DNA of 64,000 nucleotides from Octopus vulgaris. Its lineage: Eukaryota. A model generated the notes under the pieces. The model made no database searches. It saw nothing but the letters and a program-made list of their open reading frames with translations, and was not told where the DNA came from. The translations under genes and the position numbers were made by a program. Shown piece after piece: positions 1-12,502 of the stretch (the stretch's first letter is position 1; every line of letters begins with the position of its first letter). The stretch spans positions 156,984,001 through 157,048,000 of the forward strand of contig OX597815.1 of the NCBI GenBank assembly GCA_951406725.2, given 5' to 3'.

Positions 1-49
1 AGAGAAAAAATTCCAATTCTTGTTCTTGTACGAAGTAGTTCTGTTTCAA

Positions 50-182
50 AGAAAAATTGTATTACACGCGGCTTTGGTCGGCCCTAGGCTAGGCTATAGT
101 TGTCGAAGGTGCCACGCAGTGGGGCTGAACCCGGAACGATGTGGTAGGTAAACAAGCTACTCACTACACAGCCACTTCTGCG
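50..182 (-). mobile_element. tRNA-derived SINE fragment (family A)
   Basis: Reverse complement reads gtggctgtgtagtgagtagcttg...gttccgggttcagccccactgcgtggcac (A/B-box-like head); related copies at ~12020-12175 (-) and ~56130-56450 (+). Confidence 0.65.
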
Positions 183-669
183 TCTATATATATCAGTTGA
201 ATAAAGTCAAAGCATGGTCTGGTTTTCACGTTTTTTTTTTTTTATTATGGTATTTCAAAGACATAAATTACCGCTTTCATACGTTCGTAGTAGTCATCAG
301 ATTTGAAAATGTATTTACCTGACAGTTGACTTCTTGACTACACTAGTAAAATGCCTGACTTCTTACTTTTTGTACCTCTCAGGAGGTTCCAAGAAGCCGA
401 AGTTTTGGAATACGGTTTTGACCAATCCGCACACAGCTTAAACGTCACGGTTTGCCGGACAAACCGATATTTCTGGCATAGATCCCGCCTTTATGTTCAC
501 CAATTAGCTTGCGATTTACACGTAATGGTTATATGAGTGAGCAAACTTAGTTGGGTTCGATCATCTTTATTTCAATTGGTGGGAGTCATCTGTAATCTGT
601 TAATATTCATATGTTATAGATATTTTTTAATCCACATCATTGACAGGTTACTATATCATTGTCGTTATT

Positions 670-1300
670 TCCGTTCAGAATAGGATTGAACATTTTAATA
701 AATCGATTTTCTGTTAACTTTCTCCTAACCTCCCTCGTGTCATGTAGTTTGTGGAAACGAAAAATTAGAAATATTTATGGAATTTGGTGAACATTAGTGT
801 TCCGGATTTGTTGTCTGTGGGCTGGTGAGCGTTCCGATAATACATTCTCTGTCTCGATAATATATAACTCCTCGCAATTCGGGCATTTAATGCAGTGGAA
901 CATATTTCTGCTTTTGCAGTTCATATCTGTATTTGGGAAAATCTGTCCATTTTCAATTTTTCCCAAATGGATCTACGAGTATGCATGTATTGCTACGTTC
1001 CACATCTGTTATCATTACGCTTGGATACTGTGAATGTTTTATCCTGTTGAATTTTGCCTTTGCTAATAGTTTCTTTAGATGATGTAGTTGCTTTTTGATT
1101 AAGATAAGTGTTTGATCAGTTACCGTTTTTTAAAAATTTTACACTGCATTTCATGATTGGAAAATTTGTTTCCATAATGTTAAAAATGTTTTAGCGATGC
1201 AAGAAACGGTATTGTGTTCTGTTACTGGGTTCGTCTTTCTCATGTTGCCTTAAGTTGTTCTGTAGGTATTTCTTTTGGTCGTTGTATGCTATTTTCTATA
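670..1300 (-). pseudogene. Penelope-like retroelement fragment (GIY-YIG endonuclease region), degraded
   Basis: Minus-strand peptide CKSRNMFHCIKCPNCEELYIIETENVLSERSPAHRQQIRN matches the Penelope GIY-YIG pattern (C..N.IY.I.C..C...YIGET...L..R...H..QI); C-terminal FIKMFNPILN follows; stops and frameshifts. Confidence 0.75.
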
Positions 1301-1425
1301 ATATTTCTGCTATTTATATATGATACATATGTATGTATGTATGTATGTATGTATATATATGTATATGTATATACATATATATATGTGTGTGTGTTTGTAT
1401 GTATGTATGTATGTATGTATATACA

Positions 1426-2040
1426 TCACTGAAGTGATTGAGGGCACTAGTCAGCACCAGTATTGCTTGGAATAAGAGTTAAAACAACTCATAGCACAAG
1501 AAGTACCTTATTTTAATGACTCACAGGAGAGGCAAGCTCCCTCGGCGCCAAGAAATAGCCAGATATCACAGCGATTTCGCATTTATATTAATACTCTTCA
1601 ATGACTGTCACCTAGCGCCTTGGGTTAAACTCAAGTCTTAGAAATCATACGTTGATTTCCTAAACGGTATAAGTGAAAATTATGAATAATATGGGTGACG
1701 TGTTCGCAATTTTACAGCGAAATGTAAGAAATATATACGTCACTGAAGTGTCTGCGGGCAATAGTCACCACCATTGTTGTTAGAAATAAGAGTTAAAACA
1801 ACTCATAGCCACAAGAAGCGCGTTATCTTAATTACTGACAAGGGAGGTAACCTCCTTCAGCGCTTAGAAATAAACAGTTCACAGTGATTTCGTATTTATA
1901 CATAAGCTGCTTCTTGTGTCTATGGGGCTGTCTTAACTTTTATTTCTACCAATACTGGTGCTGACTAGAATCCTCAGTCAATTTAGCGATGTATATGTTT
2001 CTGCTTTTCATTGTAAAACTGCGAACAAGCCACTCTTATC
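1426..2040. repeat. Two direct copies (~1426-1735, ~1740-1900) plus one inverted copy (~1905-2035) of a Penelope pLTR-like repeat
   Basis: cactgaagtg...aataagagttaaaacaactcatagc.caagaag at ~1428 and ~1741; reverse complement at ~1908-1990; degenerate hammerhead-like core on the minus strand at ~1568-1608. Confidence 0.6.
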
Positions 2041-2099
<59 letters not shown>

Positions 2100-2220
2100 G
2101 CAATTAAGGACAACTACTTAATAAGGAAAACTTAGCAAGAAATTGTCAGGTAGATAACGTAAAAACCTCATAAGAGAAAAAATTTCGAAAATAATTATTT
2201 CTTATTGAACATATTAATTT

Positions 2221-2362
2221 ATATATAGAGGGCATTATACATACATGCCAGAAGGCATGTAATATTAGTAATTAGTAATATTTTTGGTAGAAATGACTAA
2301 TTGTCCCTCTTAGCGTTTGGCATGTATATATATAATGCCTTCTGGCATGTATGTATAATGCC

Positions 2363-2372
<10 letters not shown>
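2221..2372. repeat. Foldback inverted repeat (38-bp perfect arms), part of a dispersed repeat also found inverted at ~11715-11995
   Basis: atatatagagggcattatacatacatgccagaaggcat (2221-2258) and its reverse complement ending at ~2372. Confidence 0.8.
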
Positions 2373-2393
<21 letters not shown>

Positions 2394-2396
<3 letters not shown>

Positions 2397-3003
2397 TATT
2401 ATAAAAGGCAGATTTTATCTGCCTCCCTTTGGGAGTTATACAAATCTACAATATAGGATTTCTTCAATTACAATTTACCTAGCAGTTTTAAGAGTACAAT
2501 GCATCGCGTCATGCCAGGTCCAGTTTTTAAAATTTAAACTCCAATTAAGCAAAATTTACAGAAAACTCACATTCTGGTGTGTGTGTCAAATGCTTTTCTT
2601 AGTCTGGTTTACACCACACGCAAACGCACACACACAGTGGGCAAGGAATAAAATGAAAGTAATTCACTTACTGTAGTGAGTGATTCTTTCACTCTGCCTC
2701 CCACTTCCTCTTTACACACATATAAAAAACTTTTATTTTTTTACATAAGTAATGAGAGCGAAAGAGACTAAGAGAAAGCGATTGTATGACGAGGGAAGTT
2801 CCTTTGAAGTTACCGTGCATGGGACTCATTGATGTACATGTGTGTGTGTGTGTGTGTTTGATGGAGTGTGGGAGACAGACAGTATGTTGTGTAAGTGAAG
2901 TGCTTCTGTTAGTGTGTGTGAAGAGACAGAGAGAGTAATGTGTGAAAGAGAGAGATAACTGAAATTTTTTACTCGGTTTATGTGTATATGTATGTATGCA
3001 TGT

Positions 3004-3035
<32 letters not shown>

Positions 3036-3896
3036 GTGTGTGTATGTATGTATTTATATATAAAAGAAAGGTTGTGTGTCTGTCTACTCCGATTTAGATT
3101 CCTAACTACTCCCACATTTTGCGATGCAGTTTAACCAAAACCGGGTATCTTATAGTCGTGATTCATATCGAGCCCTTCTGGGTATTAGCGCGCGTCTACG
3201 ATGAGTCTATGATTTTACAAATAATTTACCATCATTTTTTTCCATTTTAATGCATATTTTTAAAAATAAACGGAAGTAACTCTCAAACTTCACACCAATA
3301 TGCGTGCTCATATGCGACGTAATATCACATCACCAGCATTTCCTCACACTCTCCTTGCACTTGGCGAAGGCAAAATACCAGGGGATGAAAATGGTAATAT
3401 TGCCATCGATTCCATTTGTACCATTGTTAAGACGCCTTCTGATCTCAGAGATGCAGTGTTCCCAGATTTACAAGCTAATTATCAGAATATGGATTGGATT
3501 GGCAAAAAGGCTATACTGGCCCCGAGGAATAAAACTGTTCACCATATTAATGATGAAATGCTAAAACTCATTCCTGGGGAAGTCGATGTATATCAGTCTA
3601 TCGATACAACTCCTGACCCAGAGGACGTCATCAACTATCCAATAGAGGTACTCAATTCCTTTGAGCACCCCGGACTACCACCACACTTTCTCAAACTTAA
3701 AGTTAGTGCCCCTATAATGCTCATCAGAAATTTGGTTCCCCCAAAACAATGCAATGGCACACGTTTGGCGTTAAGTCCTTATCTCCCACCGTAAGCTTAT
3801 TTCAATATTTGCCTGAATAATCATCATAATTCAGTGCAATCATTAACAGTACTTTCAAGCAATTCAGCCCCGAGCAACGCCGGGCAATTCTGCTAG
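2394..3896 (+). mobile_element. Non-autonomous Helitron copy 1 carrying a PIF1-helicase fragment
   Basis: 5' TC start (tcttattataaaaggcaga) after TA repeat; 3' hairpin cccgagcaacgccggg followed by CTAG at 3893-3896; internal helicase ORF. Confidence 0.85.
3300..3794 (+). pseudogene. Helitron Rep/Hel PIF1-family helicase fragment (164 aa)
   Basis: Motifs AILAPRNKTVHHIN, YPIEVLNSFEHPGLPPHFLKLKVSAPIMLIRNL, CNGTRL are characteristic of Helitron PIF1 helicases. Confidence 0.9.
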
Positions 3897-5440
3897 TCTT
3901 ATTATAAAAGGCAGATTTTATCTGCCTCCCTTTGGGAGTTATAGAAATCTACAATATTGGATTTCTTTAATTACAATTTACCTAGCATTTTTAAGAGTAG
4001 AATGCATCGCGTCATGCCAGGTCCAGTTTTTAAAATTTAAACTCCAATTAAGCAAAATTTACAGAAAACTCACATTCTGGTGTGTGTGTCAAATGCTTTT
4101 CTTAGTCTGGTTTACACCACACGCAAACGCACACACACAGTGTGCAACGAATAAAATGAAAGTAAATAGCGACAGAGTGATTTGAGGAAGACTAAACTGA
4201 AAGTATTTAAACCACTACTCAAAAAATAAAAAAACACAGCAAACAGAAACAAATAAATACATAACCATTTACTCCTCACACAATTTCTTCAATTACAATT
4301 TACCTAAGATTTTTCAGAGTACTTCAGTGAGTGATGCCATAAAAAATGTCTTTCAATTTTACCACCCAATTAAGACAAAATTCGAGAAAACTCAATATTT
4401 TAACATATCACTCCGAAAGCATTGATGTACATGTGTGCGTACGTGAGTGTGTGTGTGTCATTCCTCACACACACGCATACACATACAACTACATACACAT
4501 ACAACTACATACAAACACGTGAGTGTTTGTTATTAGTAAAAAGGCGCCAAAACTCAACTCACTTATCATTCCAACACATTTGCAAAGACACACGGACGGA
4601 CAGAAAAGGTAAATTGGTTTTTATTTTACTCTGTATATATTTTATTATATAATATTATATATAGATATATGTATATATAATTGCAGTATGAAACAGTGTT
4701 TATGTATAAACAGACGACACTTATATATAGTTACCAAGCCGCCCGAATTTACCTATTCATATTTAAATGAGAATATCAGAGCAAATCTCTTTAGTACATT
4801 CGTGAAAACACGTATTATACTTCGTAAACACTTCATCTACAGTTTTGTACAAAAATTCGAAGTGTAATTTTAATTCCGTGAATTATGAGAGATTTTTTTC
4901 CGAAATTTGTTCCTATTGTGTTTTCAAAATTTGTAATTCTGACAAAAAATGGATACGAATTTCATTATATCAAGCAGCGAGTCAGAATTCGAAGGATTTT
5001 CTACTGAAGACCTTCATAAATCTAACTCTATGACTGAAAAAAAAAAGCATCTTTATATAAGAGTGAAGTTGTGTGTCTGTCTCCTACGATTTAGATTCCT
5101 AACTACTCCCACATTTTGCGGTGCAGTTTAACCAAAAGCGGGTATCTTATAGTCGTGATTCATATCGAGCCCTTCTGGGTATTAGCGTGCGTCTACGATG
5201 AGTCTACGATTTAAAAAAATGTACCATCATATTTTTCCATTTTAATGCATTTTTCTCGCTTTTATATAAGGGAAGTAACTCTCTAAAAATATCTACGATG
5301 TGTCAACGATTTAAAAAAAAATTTACCTTAATTTTTTTTTCAATTTTTAATGCATTTTTTTGCTATTTTTTGGCTATAACTCTCTAAAAATGCTTATATA
5401 TTTATTTCCCTTACAACCCGAGCAACGCCGGGCGATACTG

Positions 5441-5444
<4 letters not shown>
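3897..5444 (+). mobile_element. Non-autonomous Helitron copy 2, head-to-tail with copy 1
   Basis: Starts tcttattataaaaggcaga immediately after copy-1 CTAG; first ~260 bp near-identical to copy 1; same 3' hairpin at 5417-5432 then CTAT. Confidence 0.8.
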
Positions 5445-5500
<56 letters not shown>

Positions 5501-5662
5501 AAGTATGTATTTGTATGTATGTATGTATGCATGTATGTATATACGTGCATAGGAACTACAGTCGCCATTCGCAAGCGTATATGGATAGGTAGTAGCATAT
5601 GTAATGCTTTCGATAATTCTTTTAAGTGCCGTAATTCTCCGCAATGAAAATAATAATAATAG

Positions 5663-7910
5663 GTAGGGGAAGCTTGGGAGAGTCTTAGCCACACGAAGAG
5701 TTGAGCCATAACAATTTTCTCTAAATCTATAAATTATAAAAAGTAATTACTGCCACGTATTGGAAGCACTTCTGATCTAATACATTTAACAAGTGTAAGT
5801 AGTTTATACAGCTATATATTGAAAAAATCTATTTTTACATCAATAAGTAATAGTTGGGCTTGAAGGTAAGCATGTTCATATTTCTCTAGTAGTATGTAGC
5901 ATTCTGATTGAATGCATTTTGTCATATACCTTTATCGATTCTCTATCACTGTTATTGTTAAAAAGAATCCGTGTCACTAACGCTACAGTTACAATGATAC
6001 ATGAAGTTAAGATGGGGAGAGTTGGGACAGCTATGTATGGGAGAGTTGAGCAGTTACTAAACTCTCCTTTTATTAATGCGTATTGAAAAAACAATTTTAA
6101 CCTGTTAATTTTATTACTTCCTGTGCTAATTACCAAAAACTCTGCGTTTGCTTTCGAGTTTAAGTGTGTTGAAGCTAAGCTGCACAGGGCTTCAATTCAA
6201 AATAAGGGATTAAATTTTGATCTACCTGCCTTCATACTGGCTAAAATTTGCACATGTATTGACTTTTTCAGATGCCTCGGAAATATATCCCGACGACCAA
6301 TCGTGCGGCCGCAGAGGATGATTTAGTAGGGCCAGAGATCGCGTCAGAGAAGGATGCAGTATTCGTAGTGCTGCTAAAGATTCTAATATAGCAAGAATGA
6401 CACTAAAAAACATATATAGAAAAATGCAATGAACAAAATGATGGGCAAAACGAAGTGTTTGGGTACAATATTTGCAAGATAAAAGATATGGCATTTTCAT
6501 CAGAGATGGAAGCTGGGTTATCGACTCACACAAAGACTTTAGCCGAGCAGTTCCACGGACTCACACGAAATAAATTCCGTGAGTTGATAGTGGAATATGC
6601 ATTAAGAAAAAATGTTACGGTCCCTGATTCTTGGTAACAAAACAGAATGACTGGCGACCATTTTTGGATATCCTTTGAAGAAAGAAACCATCTAGCAATT
6701 CGAACACCAGAGGCTACATCTCTTATTAGAGTAAGTGTGTTCAATCGCTACAACGTTGGCAAGAGTGTTACGGACCTGCACAAGTTTGAATGCCTCGACA
6801 TTTATAAAGCAGATGAAACCGGGTGCGCAACTATGCAGCAACCTGAAAATGTCATCTCTGTACAGGAAGTAAAAGAAGTAGGATCTATAACTTCTGGTGA
6901 GAGAGGAGAACTTTAACAGTTGTGTATGCAGTTAATGCAGTAGGAAGTGCTGTTCCATCACTTCTAATCTTCCCACGATAAAACTATAGGGATTATATTA
7001 TCAAAAGTGGTCCTGCAAGCTGTATCGGAGGAGCCAATTCCAGTAGATGGATTAATGAAGATCTGTTTGTGACTTATTTAAAATACTTTATAGCCTACCT
7101 CAGGGACAGCAAAGAGAAAAAAGTGTTGTTAATTTTGGACAATCATGAAACGCATTTGTCTTTTGCAGTTATTGGCTTGGCCAAAAAAAATGGGGTGACA
7201 TTAACAATCCCACCTCACACAAAGCACAACCATTGGACGGCATACAGTGTTGCGGTTGATAACGGGAAGAGGTCCCAACCCGGAAGGTCGATTACAATAT
7301 ATGACATTTCTGAGTTTGTTTCACATGCTCAGATACATGTTCTTACCACTCCAAACGCTATGTCTGGGTTTCAACGAACGGGAATTTATCCCTTTAACCA
7401 GAGTTAGCACTTACAGTAGTCTTCTAACATCATCTGAAAACCAAACAGATGTTCTCCAATCAAGTTTTAAAGAAACACCAGTTTCTTATTCAATGACAGA
7501 GTCACCCAACATTTCACAGGAACCATCAACTTCTACCGAAACTGCTACTCCGAATGTTAAACGAAGTGGAGTTCTCAACTCTTCAAAATAGAGCACAAAT
7601 CATTTATATGTAGTTATGTAAATGTTTCATCTTAGCGTACAATCAAATAAAATATCACTTATCCAAACTCATGCTATGTCCCAACTCTTCCCTATACATG
7701 GCCCAACTCTCATCATCCCCTGGGAGAGTTGGGTCAAATCACTACCCTTTGAAAAGCATGCTGCATCAGTTTACATTCATTTGAAACTATATCCCTGGCA
7801 TATATAAGTTACACGTTTATAAATGTTACAAGCTGGTAAAGAATTCTATCTTATGCACAGAGATTCTGTATCATATTGATATGTAAAAAATGACCCAGAT
7901 CTTTCCCTAC
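5663..7910 (+). mobile_element. pogo/Tc5-like (psq-HTH + DDE_1) DNA transposon with imperfect TIRs
   Basis: Left gtaggggaagcttggga vs right tgacccagatctttccctac; repeated subterminal gggagagttggg motifs at both ends. Confidence 0.7.
6272..7407 (+). pseudogene. DDE_1 (pogo-family) transposase pseudogene
   Basis: MPRKY...GCSIRSAAKDSNIARMTL (psq HTH), LAIRTPEATS, YKADETG, ITSGERGE, VLLILDNHETH, SGFQRTGIYPFN; multiple stops and frameshifts. Confidence 0.85.
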
Positions 7911-8092
7911 ACTCAAAATCCTCCAAAACACGACACCGCGGAGCATCCAGGAAATCACAGTTTGAGAAAGGAAAGGCAGCACAAACATACAGGTAATATG
8001 CATTTCATCCGAATAAACTGATAAACGCCCGGTTCAGGAATCGACTATATGACCAGACACACTATATATACAAACATATAGGCATACTTTAT

Positions 8093-8290
8093 ATACGATG
8101 AGATGCTGAAAAGTTCCTGGCTTTCGGTAAAATAAATTATAGAAAGTTCGGTTACTTATGATTTTATTCAACATATTCCCCTGTCAGATTTACGCACTTA
8201 TTGCAGTGGTCATTCAGTTTTTCTAAGCCCTGTAAAAGAGCTCGGAAGGATGAGACTTCAGCCTGGCTTTTACGATACCCTTAAAGCCTC
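8093..8290. mobile_element. mariner-derived MITE/terminal fragment
   Basis: tacgatgagatgctgaaaagttcctggc resembles a mariner TIR; related fragment at ~29040-29170. Confidence 0.45.
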
Positions 8291-8293
8291 GTG

Positions 8294-8390
<97 letters not shown>

Positions 8391-8736
8391 TTATCCGTTT
8401 AACATTAACTGCTGAAAAAAATACTGAGTACAACACTAGAGTTTGGCTACTCTAAGTTCCACCTGTACGGAGGCTGAATCTTCGGGTACGTTAGGGCAGC
8501 TGGGTTTTTGCAGTTATTTGTGAATATACAATTGAAATGCATTATGATAGGCGTATACTGATGGAATCATATACGTACAATTTTTGCATCTTAGTATCAA
8601 AAGTACATGAAGCAGTTTACGAAACAACTATCACCTTATGGAAGTCATATGGAAAACTAATTATTTTCGTTTTTCAAATCTCCTGACTTTGCGTTCCATA
8701 TATATATATATGTCATAATAAGATTTCTCATACTCG

Positions 8737-8779
<43 letters not shown>

Positions 8780-8826
8780 TGCATATACATAGGTGTAACT
8801 ACTTACCTAAATATACAAGTGTGTGC

Positions 8827-8859
<33 letters not shown>

Positions 8860-9125
8860 CATATATGTATGTATGTACGTATGTATATATATATATATAT
8901 ATATACACACATGTATATATATATATATATATATACACATGTATATGTATATATATATATATACACATGTATATGTATATATATATACACATGTATATGT
9001 ATATATATATATATATATATACATGTATATATATATGTATATATATATATATATATACATGTATATATATATGTATATATATATGTATATATATACATAT
9101 ACATGTATATATATATATACGCTGA
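8290..9125. repeat. (GT)n, (CA)n and complex (TA)n/(TACA) microsatellites
   Basis: Direct inspection; source of spurious YI-rich ORFs. Confidence 0.95.
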
Positions 9126-9419
9126 GGATAGTAATTGAAAAGAAATTCGAACAAATAGACATAACGATGCAATACTCCGAAAGGCGGATGGTAACAGCTA
9201 ACAAAGTTGTGATATCTATTTCATGTGTGTATGTGTTTATGTATGTATGCATATAATGCATACAGAGATGGATAGATATGAGCGGTTTTTTTTTTCAATT
9301 ACTGACACACAATGTTGTAAAAATTACAGAAGACTAATATAGAACATGAAAATGAGTTACTAAATTGAATAAAGAAGAAACTATAACAAATAGGCCAGAC
9401 TTTTCTTGATATTATTTCT

Positions 9420-10165
9420 AAGACGATAAGCTGGCAGAAATGTTGGCACGCGGCGGCGCGCTGGGAGAAACGTTAGAACGCCAGACGAAATATTTAGCGG
9501 TATTTCGTCTGTCTTTGCGTTTTGAGTTCAAATTCCGCCGAGGTCGACTTTGCCTTTTATCCTTTCGGGGTCGATAAATTAAGTACCAGTTGCGCACTGA
9601 GGTCGATGTAATCGACTTAATCCGTTTCTCTGTCCCTGTTTATCTCCTTTTTTTAGCGCCTTGTAGGCAATAAAGAAATAAGAAACGTTAGCAGGCCGGG
9701 CGAAATGCTTAGCAGTATTTCGCCTGTCTTTACGTTCTGAGTTCAAATTCTGTCGAGGTCGACTTTGCCTTTCATCCTTTCGGGGTCGATTAAATAAATA
9801 CCAGTTACGCACTGGGGTCGATATAGTCGAATTAATCCGTTTGTCTGTCTTTGTCCTCTCTGTATTTAGCCCCTTGTGGGTAGTAAAGAAATAGGTATTT
9901 CGTCTGCCGTTACGTTCTGAGTTCAAATTCCGCCAAGGTCGACTTTGCCTTTCATCCTTTCGTGGTCGATATAATCGACTTAATCCGTTTGTCTGTCCTT
10001 ATTTATCCTCTCTGTGTTTAGCCCCTTGTGGGTAGTAAAGAAATATGTTCTGATTTCAAATTCCGTCGAGGTTGACTTTGCCTCTCCTCCTTTCGGGGTC
10101 GATAAATTAAGTACCAGTTGCACACTCCCCCAAAATTTCAGGCCTTGTACCTAAAGTAGAAAAGG
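9420..10165 (+). mobile_element. Nested/tandem array of tRNA-derived SINE family B; three units carry a Tx1-like 3' tail
   Basis: Repeated ttctgagttcaaattccgccgaggtcgactttgcctttcatcctttcggggtcgataaattaagtaccag core; tails ending ...taaagaaat at 9679, 9892, 10044. Confidence 0.85.
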
Positions 10166-10571
10166 ATATCACTTCTATCTCTCGCCTCGCTTTCTGACTT
10201 CCTTCTCAGTAATATTCTGCCTTTCTATTTCTGTTTCTCCTTTGCTTACTCTTAGCTCCTTCACATTAAATATACTCTCATTCTTTTTTATTCCTTTTGT
10301 TTTGCGCAATTGATACTTTGTTTAATTTCTTCATTTTTATTTCCCTCTTTTCTCTCTTCTGTCATATCACTACTTTTTCTATATAGAGTTTCTGTTACAA
10401 ACTCCTAGTTTTCTTTCCTTCCACTTTTATTCCCAAATATTCCTCTCATCACATAGTTAACTGTCTATCCATATCCACTGCGTTTTTTCATATACTCGCA
10501 CATAGAAACACATACACACATAAGCGTGCATACACACAAACACTTATGATGGCTCCCGTGCACATGTATGA

Positions 10572-10614
<43 letters not shown>

Positions 10615-10659
10615 ATTAATGTATTCGTAAGTGTATCGTAAGCATACGTATACAATGTT

Positions 10660-11150
10660 TATTGCCCAGGGGTCATGTAGAACACGTCTGTGTTAATCCC
10701 AGTCACACACTTGCTGCATGAGGACACCAGATACGCTTCTTACGTGAAAAGAAAAGACAATTCATGACCAGAAAAAGTCGGGAGACCCATGAGATTCATG
10801 TGAAGCGTTCAGGCATCCCGAGAAACAATCAGGTTCTGGGTCCTTCTCAGATTAAAATTACATCTATCAGGATTATAAAGTTACCAGGAGGAGCGACAAG
10901 CGGCTGAGCGTGAACCCTACGAGAATGCTAGTTTTCAACAACAGTGATAGCCTTGAAGGTCGCAAGCAAACGGCTTAGAGTCAATGCCATCGTTTGGATC
11001 GAGGTGTTGGATACGGTAGTCAGAAACTGGATAGAGGAGGTGGCCCAGAAAGGCTTTTACAAGCATAGTCCTAGAATCGAAGGAGTGGCTGACCGAGAAT
11101 TTCCACGGCGATGGGAGCTGCATGTATGCTTCCGACTAGTTCTGATTTAA
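10660..11150 (+). mobile_element. Degraded Tc1/mariner (maT-like) fragment
   Basis: Weak similarity to the element at 31.5-32.75 kb (VNAIVWIEVLDTVVRNWIEEVA). Confidence 0.45.
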
Positions 11151-11714
11151 ACATCCTGTCTGGACTACTATCAGTGCTGCTCCATCGCTTTGGCGTCCCG
11201 TTAGTACAACTGTTGTAATTATACTCAGTATTGTTCCTAATTACAGTGATGGACGTCAGTACCCATGATACTTACTGGATAAGTAACAACCCGCCTTGGG
11301 AGTCACTGTGATGTTGCCCAAATTCCTAGAAATAGCAACCAAATTCCCCAAAATTGCACCCTACCGTCTTTAAAAGAAAAGGAGGAACAGATTGGTAAAC
11401 GTAGTCCTAGATATACTAAGGTACAGGCTGCTCTTCGTGGATATATCTTCGCTCAAATTTCTTGAGTTAAACACCAACTACTTAAAAGCAACATGGTGAA
11501 ATCTGCTAGCTTCAGTTGTTAAGAGGCTTGCTATACGATTAAGTGTTCTCTCGTCTGGTTACATGATCCACAATCAAACTTGTCATTCATGTTCCCTTTC
11601 TTTTATCTTTACTTAACACAAGTACAAAGATAAACACATACATACATACATACATACATACATACATACATACATACATACATACATACATACATACATA
11701 CAAATATATATAAA

Positions 11715-11885
11715 TATATATTAAGAGCATTACTATACATGAATGCCTCACGCTAGAGGGAATCTTAAAGTCAAAACTACCATATTAAATAAACACATTG
11801 TACCGAAGTTTATTTATTATGGTACTTTTGACTTTAAGAGTCCCTCTTAGTATGAAGCATTTATGTATAGTAATGCCCTTAATAT
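11715..11885. repeat. Imperfect foldback inverted repeat (~75-bp arms)
   Basis: ttaagagcattactatacat...aataaac and gtttatttatt...tatagtaatgcccttaa are reverse complements; the flank matches 2100-2240 inverted. Confidence 0.75.
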
Positions 11886-11992
11886 AAATAAATATATTTA
11901 AGAAGAATAATTGATGGATTTTCCCTTATGAGGTTTTTTCACGCTAACTACTTGATAAATTCTTATAAAGTTTTTATCCTATTCTTCAATTG

Positions 11993-12023
<31 letters not shown>

Positions 12024-12407
12024 GGCTTCTTTCAGTTTCCGTCAACCGAATATAGTCACAAGGTTATGGTTGGACCTGGGCTATACTTGAAAACAGTTTC
12101 CACGCAGAGGGACTGAACCCAAGACCACATGATTAAGAAGCAAAGTTCTTAACGATACAACCACAGTTGCACCTTTCTTCACACTTCATAATTTCCTGAA
12201 TCGATTTAGGCTCTGTTGATAAGACTTTAATCTTTGTTGGTATGAATGAAAAGATCGATGTGATTAGTGCTGATCAAATTAATCAATGTCATAAAAGTCA
12301 ATTTTATGAAATCCCTTTCAGCACACAACTATGACGAATATACACAAGATTACATTGGATCATGAAGATATTTGCAAAGTCATTTTTACTCTATAACTAC
12401 TACTACA

Positions 12408-12443
<36 letters not shown>

Positions 12444-12454
12444 GTATGTGTATG

Positions 12455-12499
<45 letters not shown>

Positions 12500-12502
<3 letters not shown>

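Noticed and set aside
8779-9261. Multiple overlapping 100-150 aa YI/HI-rich ORFs (also 5360-5709, 29123-29523, 31095-31540)
   Set aside because: Translations of TA/TACA microsatellites; not genes
9420-10165. CRISPR-like or tRNA-gene-like repeated array
   Set aside because: Eukaryotic SINE units of unequal length with no unique spacers and no complete cloverleaf
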